Assembly (NCBI GenBank): GCA_963843145.1 | Contig: CAWJJC010000029.1 | Location: 1-35,437, forward strand | DNA from: an uncultured delta proteobacterium | GTDB taxonomy: Bacteria; Desulfobacterota; RBG-13-43-22 | Reading direction: 5' to 3' | Length of the DNA stretch: 35,437 bases | Shown: positions 28,095 to 35,437 of the stretch, one piece after another | How positions within the stretch are numbered: the stretch's first letter is position 1 | Layout: every line of letters begins with the position of its first letter | Notes under the pieces: generated by a model | Databases searched by the model: none | Seen by the model: the letters and a program-made list of their open reading frames with translations, nothing else | What the model was told of the DNA's origin: nothing | Program-made: the position numbers and the translations under genes

Positions 28095-28165
28095 GATTGG
28101 AGGATAGGACCCGGTCAGGTAATTACATCCCGAATATTAGGTATCCGTGGTCTGGCGATCCATTT

Positions 28166-28420
28166 TCAGAATTCATCCTTTTCTTCATCTCCCGCAATCT
28201 GTTTTTCAAGTTCCTCCAAAGATGGAATATCCGGATGTTTCCCCCGGTATTCCCCGGGAATCCGTTTGGCCGCCTCACCGATAACTTCAAAATTTCGGAT
28301 TACGGCGTCTTGCGTCCTTTCATCGCGAAAAAAGGCTTCCTTCCCTTCAGCCGTAAATTCCATGATACGTTCAAGTCGTTCCAGAATCTGTGCCAGGTAA
28401 ACTCGGGGGTCTTTTTTCAT
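28166..28420 (-). pseudogene. HepT-like (DUF86/HEPN) toxin with an in-frame deletion of the active site
   Basis: DPRVYLAQIL, TQDAVIRNFEVIGEAAKRIP..HPDIP, then no W..xxxxRxxxxHxY segment; ATGA overlap with the upstream MNT gene. Confidence 0.8.
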
Positions 28421-28707
28421 AATGGTTTCGACTCCTTTAGAATCCTTCGACGCAAGAGCCAATAAATTCCATCCTCGGAAACGACATCCACCTTAACGCC
28501 CAGCAACTCCCTTAAGTCCAACACCAAGGCGCTCAGATCCAACGGACTCCGGTTCTCTTCCATCTTCACCAGGAAATCGATATCGCTTTCCGGACTGGAT
28601 TCACCCCGGGCCACTGAACCGAAAACCCTTACATTTTGGGCGCCGTGCTTGGCAGCCAAGGCTATCACATCATTACGTTTTTTCTGCAACAAGGCATCTA
28701 GTCTCAT
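28417..28707 (-). CDS. MNT (minimal nucleotidyltransferase) antitoxin
   Basis: VRVFGSVARGE...SDIDFLV and LLGVKVDVV. Confidence 0.9.
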   Translation of the reverse strand: MRLDALLQKKRNDVIALAAKHGAQNVRVFGSVARGESSPESDIDFLVKMEENRSPLDLSALVLDLRELLGVKVDVVSEDGIYWLLRRRILKESKPL

Positions 28708-28740
28708 ATTTATGCCCTCAAAAGAAAGATTTCAGTTCGA

Positions 28741-28772
28741 TGCCTGTCTGCCGTGCTCGGCATAGACAGGCA
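28741..28772. repeat. REP-like hairpin
   Basis: TGCCTGTCT-GCCG-TGCT-CGGC-AT-AGACAGGCA. Confidence 0.55.
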
Positions 28773-28859
28773 GGTCAGCCCGGCGGTGATCCGGTTGGTG
28801 ATTGTCAATATAGACATAAATCCTTTATTTTTCATGCGAGAAATTCGTAAAACTGGTAT

Positions 28860-29225
28860 TCAGTCATGGGATCTTCCCTTTCGGGACCTCCTGGCCCGGA
28901 ACCTGGAATCGTCCCCCAGATGGATGAAGATCCGGCCGCAAAGTTCTCCGCTTTCAATCACGGCCCATCCTCGACCGCTCGCGGAATCCAACTCCTCTTG
29001 TCCCTCCCAGGAAAATTCGATCCGCTCCCTCTTGTCGTCGGCGCCCAGACGACAATCCATCTCCCCCTGGACCAGGCCAAATTGAAAAAGTCCCGTACCA
29101 TTTTTATTAAACGTGAAATGTCCGGGAACCTCCATATTGACATACTCCTGGTCCCAGGCCTCCATCTCGATAATGGACCAGGTGCCGATAAAGGGCTTGA
29201 ATTCTTTGTTCATCGATTCAACCAT
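28860..29225 (-). CDS. hypothetical beta-rich protein
   Basis: 121 aa with globular-looking composition (GTWSIIEMEAWD, GTGLFQFG, FSWEG, GRGWA, GRIFIHLGDDS); no function recognised; start may be 29213. Confidence 0.7.
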   Translation of the reverse strand: MVESMNKEFKPFIGTWSIIEMEAWDQEYVNMEVPGHFTFNKNGTGLFQFGLVQGEMDCRLGADDKRERIEFSWEGQEELDSASGRGWAVIESGELCGRIFIHLGDDSRFRARRSRKGRSHD

Positions 29226-29812
29226 TCATAAAACTGGGAATTGATCTGCCGGTCGAGTTGCCGCACCGACCAGCCGCCGCGTAGGGCTTCAGTTTCGTAG
29301 AAACGCCTGGCATTTGCGTTCTTCACCGACAGGAGGCGGACATAGGCCGACCAGGGGAGAGGAAAACAGTCTGCTGTGAACCGCAGTACGACATCGGCTT
29401 GGGATGCTTGTGATTTTTTAGACGACGTCTGAAGAATTGCTTGATAATCCTTCGATTCGAGCAAAGACCGGGATTTTTCAGACGGCGTCTGAAAAATCCG
29501 GTTTGCCGGCCAAAGCAGATAAAACTTCTTCATCTGACTGAGATTAACTGCCCCAAAGCCTCGGCCGAACTTTGCCGTCAAATCTCCTGAAAGTCTCACA
29601 ATAAGCGCCAGCCCGTAATCCGCCCTGATGTTGCCAGCTTGCTCGGACTCGACAATGCGCCTTCCAATAATCCAATAGGCCGCTGTCATGATGCTGTTAA
29701 CCGAACGCGTCGCCGACCTCCTGGCCGTATCAATGACGTTGAGAATATCCTCGAGGATTGAATCGTATTGGCCGGCGGGGCCGCTGGTGCGTTTTGTCGG
29801 TTTAATGGTCAT
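29210..29812 (-). pseudogene. YhcG/DUF1016 protein, N-terminal domain only (C-terminal PD-(D/E)XK domain absent)
   Basis: VNSIMTAAYWIIGRRIVESEQAG..RADYG, FGRGFG..NL, LPWSAYVRLL, RRFYETEALRGGWSVRQLDRQINSQFYE, then an abrupt end. Confidence 0.8.
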
Positions 29813-29935
29813 AAATCCCTATCCCTGATAGGTGTAGCGCCACCCATCGAATGAACGCGAGAGGCAAATGCGGGACTTATCGATCAAACCATATCGAGGA
29901 CATCCTCGAAATGGTCCAGTCCTCAAATTCCTTTG

Positions 29936-31531
29936 TCACCCCAATTCCCTCTCAAGGCAGGCAAGCAGTTCGAGACAAGCCATAATGGCCGCCACAGCCA
30001 CACCAAGATGGATAGTCTGGCCGTCTGGATGCTGAGCGCGGTTCCGGAAATTATGGATCGCGTCGATTAGGACGTAAGTGTCTTTTGACACCGCCATTGC
30101 CTTGGTTTCGAAAAAACGTTGGCTTCCGGTAATTAATCCCAAGAGGCGAATCTGGTCTAGGGGTTCTGTTAGAACTTCCCAAGAATTGGTCTGCATCATT
30201 TGTTTGACAAGTCGATTTCCATCCCGAGGACTTGAAGACCAATAGGCAATAATATCTTGCGGCACACATCTCCCAGGCCCGAATTCGCGCTGCCAGATCA
30301 ATTTCAAGGCACAATCTCGGATGTTATTGAGGTTGTTCAGGCAGTCGTCGGGATAGTCCGGGATGTCACTTATCACCTGCTCGACCAGATGATGTAGCCG
30401 ATCATCAAAACGGGCAATATGGGCCAAACGCCGTTCCAGTAAGCTTCGGATGTTGAGGCGATAGGCGTCCCAAGAGCCAAACAGGTGACCCATACTGCCG
30501 GAATCCTCTTTAACGCCCCGAAGATAGAGATCCAGCAGGCGGCATGAAGGCGTGAGCTTATTGCCCACCTGCCGGGCGAAGCCCATCTCCACCAGACAAT
30601 TTCCCTCCTGCTTTCCTACTTCGGAACAATTTAAATCACCGTGTTCCAAAAGATGAGCATAAAGGTCTTTGGCCCCGGCAGGGCAATCCTGCCACATATC
30701 GCCAATTATTTCTTTCAAGGAGTCAAGCGCCTTATTCGCGCCCTTATTGACGTCCTCATTGTCAACCGACCCGCTCGGGATATCGGTAACGATCTGGTTC
30801 AAGACTCCCAGAAAAAACGGAGGGAGGCCCGCAGACCAATTGAACAGTTCGGTTTTAGCCCCCGCTTGGAAACGATGATCCGGCAGCAAACCGATAATTG
30901 TATCCCGATCCTGGTCATCGAATGGGCCGACCCTAACCGAGCTCATGTCGAAGATATTCCAGAAGGGGCTGCTGATGGCCTCTTGGCTACGGATCAATTG
31001 GCTTAAGGGCCTCCGGGACACTGTAATAATTTTATGTTTTCTCCCGTAAAAAAGCGCTCGCATCTGGTCCCAAAGGTGTCCTGTCAGCTTCCCTTGGCCC
31101 AGTGGTTTATCAAAGCCGTCCCACAACATGAGGATCGGCAACCCCTCTTCATCCAGCAAATCCATAACTTCCGAGAGATTACTGAAGGAGTGTTCCTTCA
31201 GATGCCGGCGATATTCAGAGGCTTTCGCCGGCACTCGGGCCAGGCTTTCTACTAGTTTGTCGCATAGTTCCGCGATAAAATCCTGGTCGGATTGGGGTGC
31301 GACACGGCCTAAATGCCAATGCAGCACAAACTGGTAAGGGGAAGGGCCAACGGTGACACGTTGAAAGAGGGCGTGGATAATAACGGTTTTGCCAATATAT
31401 CGAGGTCCGATCATGGATAAATTACTTGGCGTAGGTTTTGTCAGGTCTTTCCACATCCTCTCCATGATGCCGGCACGGCCAAGCATGGGTGGGACATCGG
31501 CTCCCAGGATTGGAAACCGCGAGTCAATCAT
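29936..31531 (-). CDS. STAND/AAA-like ATPase-fold protein with degenerate Walker B and putative C-terminal HEPN-like domain
   Basis: MLGR pre-P-loop motif, IGPRYIGKT, ILMLWDGFDK, SPFWNIF, AGLP and C-terminal FRNRAQH; 8-nt overlap with the upstream gene. Confidence 0.7.
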   Translation of the reverse strand: MIDSRFPILGADVPPMLGRAGIMERMWKDLTKPTPSNLSMIGPRYIGKTVIIHALFQRVTVGPSPYQFVLHWHLGRVAPQSDQDFIAELCDKLVESLARVPAKASEYRRHLKEHSFSNLSEVMDLLDEEGLPILMLWDGFDKPLGQGKLTGHLWDQMRALFYGRKHKIITVSRRPLSQLIRSQEAISSPFWNIFDMSSVRVGPFDDQDRDTIIGLLPDHRFQAGAKTELFNWSAGLPPFFLGVLNQIVTDIPSGSVDNEDVNKGANKALDSLKEIIGDMWQDCPAGAKDLYAHLLEHGDLNCSEVGKQEGNCLVEMGFARQVGNKLTPSCRLLDLYLRGVKEDSGSMGHLFGSWDAYRLNIRSLLERRLAHIARFDDRLHHLVEQVISDIPDYPDDCLNNLNNIRDCALKLIWQREFGPGRCVPQDIIAYWSSSPRDGNRLVKQMMQTNSWEVLTEPLDQIRLLGLITGSQRFFETKAMAVSKDTYVLIDAIHNFRNRAQHPDGQTIHLGVAVAAIMACLELLACLERELG

Positions 31532-34500
31532 GTTGGTCCTCCTTTGCCTTTCTTTTTATCGCAGAAAAATCGTGCTGTTTTTCAATCCAGGTTCCCATGA
31601 GAGGGATGGCCAAGACATAGTGCCCACCACCCATCCCGCCTATCAATTCGACCAGCTCGAGTTCCCGCAGGTAATCGAGGTCCTTGATCAAAGGTTCATC
31701 GGGAATATCGATCCCGTATTCCAAAAGTCGCTCTTGGATTACTTTAAGCCGAAGTGGATCCGGGCTTTCAGATTCTTTTTGGCAAAGGGCCAGGAGGAAT
31801 CGTCTTCGATCCGACCCGGCATAGTCCCAGAGGCTGGCAAAATGCTCATTATCCTGGACCAGGGCGTTCCCTGCTTGGTCCACCAAATCAAGCGTCACGG
31901 ATTGTTTTTTTAACTGCGCGGCCATGTCGAAAATACGATTACATAAGCATTGAAGGAGGTATGGCTGGCCGGAAGTAAGAAAGACCACCCTTTCAACGGC
32001 TTCCCTTGAATAGGTCAGACGGCCTTTGACGGGTTCGGTAACCAACCGGCGGGCATGCTCCGCGGGAAGAGACGTCACCCCGAATCGGGTACCCAATCCG
32101 TACAGAGCAGACCAATGGGCCTCGCGCAGCCTCTTCATTCGCCTCGAACCGGTTAAGATAGCGGAAAATCAGGGAAAGGTTTGAAGCAAAACCCGAATAT
32201 TTTCTGGTACTTGTGGCGATGTAACGCCACTTTCGATGCCTTCCTGGAGTTTGTCAAATTCATCCAACATTAGTAGAAGGCTGAGATGATGTTCCTCCAA
32301 CATTTCCAGGGCAACTTCCAGGTAGTCCCGAAAATCGGAAAAAGGCGATACCTCGCTGATCCCTTCACGGCAGGCTTGGCTATGCCGAGTTTCTTTCCAG
32401 GAGGCAGCGCGCTTCGATCTGGGAGAGGCGTCTTATCTCCCAACGATTGAAGCCCATTGGCGATACTCCTGGCCATCCCCCGAAAAACATCTACAGTTGG
32501 TACGCCCACCCCCTCCCGACTGCCTTCCATGCTTGGAGGCTGCAGTAAATACCCAGCCAACCTGGGATAGCTTCAACGCCTACCAGATGAAAAAGCACTG
32601 AGGATTTACCTGAACGGCGGTTCCCTTCCAACAGGACCACATTCCCACTTCGAGTAATTTGCCGCCGGATTTGCTCGAGTAACTCTTCGCGGCCAAAAAA
32701 GACGTCATTGCGCTAGGGGCTGACCGGGTCGCCGCAAACATAAGGACTTGCCCCTGCTTCCGTTTCGGTCTGGACTTTGTCGGATGGTTTGGTTACGAAA
32801 TCCAAGGCGATTTCACGAACTCCAGCCACGGGTCTTCCATCGATGGTTTTAGCTGCCCAGGAAATTTCCAGACTTAAACTACCAGATTTTTTTGGAGCAA
32901 TCCCTGAAAGTCCAACGATAGTTTTCGATTTTTCGACTAGATAAGGAGTCCCGCCAACACCCCAGTTAGGATTTGACGTAACACGAAGGTCGCGAAGCGG
33001 AAGGGGCCCCCGATTCTCCACAGTGAGATCAAGTTTAACCTTTTCTCCGGCAGGAAATACAGTGGTTTGGGGATCAATAATTAATCCACCCTTTCAATCA
33101 AGGCAGCACAGCCTCTATTAATCCAGGTGACCACCCGCGTTGTAAGATCTCTGGCTGCGCTCTCATTTGGAAGGTGCCCTTTAATCAGCGAAACGGAATC
33201 ATTCAAATTTCGGGCTGATTCCTGAAGTACGCTCAATAATCCGGGCCCCAAAGGAAAATTGCTGAGCCCTCGCAGACCAGCCAAGGCTTGGCTAAAGGCA
33301 AGAAACCAGGATGTAAGGATACTCTCCCCATGCCTTTGGTGCGCTACCATATTCCGGATCTCACGAACTTCTACGGCAAGACGATCAAGGAGTGTGAGGT
33401 CCAGAGGGTCATTTGCCGTTTCCATGTCAACAGTAAAATTATTGCTTGCTTTGTACGCCCACTCGTCTATAGGATCCCGTTCCCCCTTTGTTAAGAGCTG
33501 GGACAGGAAGACCACTGCATCAACCCCATTCTCACGAAATGTTGTTCCAACCTGTTGTTGAATTTGAAAGGGCGGGATCGGTACCGGCAAATCTTCAAGA
33601 GTTCTAATGGAAAGATGCCGAATGGTGTCCCCTCGCGCCCGGTCGTCCATCCAAGCCTTGACATCCTTACTATTTAGGTAGGCTAGTAAGAAATGGGGAT
33701 CAAGGCGATCTTGATTAGGACGTAACACGAATAAACCGGAGGCAGCGATGCCCCCTACTCCACCGTTGCGGACCACCCCAACCTTGCCAATAGTGCCGGA
33801 CTTGGATAGCAGAATATCTCCCGCTTTAAGTTTCCATCGAGAATCTGCCGAAGCCGCAGCATCCGGGGAAAGCCAGGATGACCCGCTATTGACCTGACCT
33901 CGCTGCACATCCTTGATGCGCACGAAAGGGATCAGCGGGGCATCCAGAAGGGATAACTGCTTGGACCGATCCGGCTCGCTAAATAGTCTTTGTTGCTCAG
34001 GCACCCCTACCCTGAATAGCGGAGAATCAAGAAGTTGCTCGCGGTTGAATGTTCTCCCAATAGATATGTAGCAGCATTCCTTGAGCGGATGGATTTCGAT
34101 ATTGGCGCCCAATTCACCAAGTAACCCTGCAAGGCTGCTCTGCTCACGTCGTTTGGGGGTAAAATCCCAATCCAACTCGACCAGGGTTTCCGGGTCGATA
34201 TCCCAACCGTGATTTCCAGGATTGGAGCTTTGGACTTGTTTAACAAGGTCTTCGATTTGTTCCTGGGGGATCTTTTCCGGCCGGCTGCCCTTCCCTTTCG
34301 AGAAAAAGGACTCGGCATCGATCATTCGGATGCTTTTAGTCGAACCTCCCCGCCGGAGCACGAGCACAGCGGCTTTAATTCCGGTATAAGGCAAAAAAAT
34401 TCCTGTCGGCAATGAGATAACTGCTTCAACCGTATGTTGTTCCAGCAGCAGGCGCCGCAAACGCTGCTCCGGACCGCCGCGGAACAAAAAACCTTGGGGC

Positions 34501-35437
34501 ACAACGATCACGGCACGGCCGTTTGGTTTTAAATGCGAGAGGGAATGCTGGATGAAAAGACCGGTGGCATCACTTGATAGCACGGGAAAGTGATCCAGTC
34601 CGGCAGGGTCGACTCGAATGCCCCAGGGCGGATTGGCGATGGCCACATCAAAGCCTTCTGTCTGAGGATGATTGGAAGACGGCCGTTCCAGGGCATTACC
34701 CAATTCGAGGTGGGGGTCATCGATCCCGGCCAGGGCAAGGCGGACCAGTCCGATCAGGTAGGCATTCGGATTGATTTCGATGCCGGAAATATCCAGCGGC
34801 GGTTGCCCATTGCGTTTAAGCCCTTCTGCCCCCTTTCGCAGGACGTGTTCACAGGCAGCCGTAAGTAAGCCTGCCAGTCCGAAGCAGGGATCGTATAGGC
34901 GTTCACCAGCGGAAGGGTCTGCCAGCGCCACCAAGAGCCGGGCCACCGCCTCGGGTGTTCTGAATTCGCCGAGGTGGGGACCTTTAGTCGCGTTTAATAC
35001 TCTATCGAATTGGTCAAGCAGTATCCGGCGGTCATGAGGGGTTTCGAAGGGTTGGTCCGCCAGCCATCGGGTCATGCCGAACAGGACTTGTGGGGAGAGT
35101 TTTCCCAAGATTTTTAATAGCCGGCGCCAAGCGATGCAGGTGGGTCGCCAGCGGGCTATGGCGGGAATTGTTCAGCCTTTCTAAATTGTGGGCAAGGCGT
35201 TCGGACAATATCCTTCTAAGCTCATCCGCCGGAAAGGATTGCCAGGTCCGCCAATGGAACGAAGAGTGCAAAACGGCGCGATATTCGGTCTCGTCGAAAG
35301 CCGCCATAGCCTCCTGTTCGGCCTCCTGGAAATCAGCCCAGCGGAGGTAGATCAGGGCGGCCATTGAAACCGCTAAATCTTGGTTTGGGTGACCTGAATT
35401 AGCCCATAGGCGGTCGAGAACTTCCCAGGTTTCGGAC
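31524..35437 (-). pseudogene. fused HsdM-like N6-adenine methyltransferase + TRD (HsdS-like) + STAND-like ATPase; disrupted; 5' end outside the window
   Basis: Joining frames gives ALIYLRW, GEFRTP, LYDPCFG, NPPW, GRAVIVVPQGFLF, a TRD (GDILLSKSGTIGK...LPVPIPPFQIQ), PYVCGDPV..FFGRE, GNRRSGKS, LLLMLDEFD and GQPYLLQ. Frameshifts near 35100, 33085, 32532 and 32375; in-frame stops at 32713-32715 and 32169-32171. Confidence 0.85.

Noticed and set aside
22535-28772. CRISPR array or tRNA among the palindromic repeats
   Set aside because: The repeats are dispersed, not regularly spaced with unique spacers; no cas genes, cloverleaf or T-loop/CCA signature.
32169-32715. Selenocysteine or pyrrolysine recoding of the in-frame TGA and TAG
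   Set aside because: The positions are not catalytic Cys/Lys-like sites and the same gene has four frameshifts; nonsense mutation is simpler.
9078-33477. Avoidance of GGATCC as evidence for long-term BamHI-like restriction
   Set aside because: I noticed GGATCC repeatedly by eye (e.g. near 9078, 14905, 19972, 31756, 33472), so no obvious depletion; a genome-wide count is needed.
33081-35437. Ordinary type I R-M hsdM/hsdS
   Set aside because: MTase and TRD are in one reading frame that continues, after repair, into a STAND-like ATPase, and no hsdR follows; genes upstream of the window cannot be assessed.

Overview
Chromosomal segment of a moderately GC-rich anaerobic bacterium; gene content suggests Desulfobacterota/deltaproteobacteria (inference). 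The backbone carries the end of a molybdopterin oxidoreductase plus its 4Fe-4S subunit, class II ribonucleotide reductase nrdJ with tandem NrdR boxes, ogt, a radical SAM protein, a DksA/TraR protein, several hydrolases/reductases, an amidase, an SfsA-GIY-YIG fusion, a complete Liv-type ABC transporter, and ChaN-PDZ, TauE/SafE, SLOG and SBF genes. Two visibly AT-richer defence islands interrupt it. The first (about 2.7-5.9 kb) is a BamHI-like type II R-M locus with a C protein, a recognisable C-box and a second methyltransferase. The second (about 28.2-35.4 kb) holds an MNT/HepT toxin-antitoxin pair whose toxin has lost its active site, a truncated DUF1016 gene, and the best candidate for an undescribed system. 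That candidate is a roughly 1300-codon HsdM-like m6A methyltransferase + single TRD + STAND-like ATPase fusion, here broken by 4 frameshifts and 2 nonsense codons. It overlaps an intact gene for a degenerate STAND-like ATPase ending in a HEPN-like RxxxxH motif. The window also shows many genes with internal deletions and several families of small palindromic and heptamer repeats. No rRNA, tRNA, CRISPR array or transposase was recognised. All calls come from reading motifs by eye; no searches were run.
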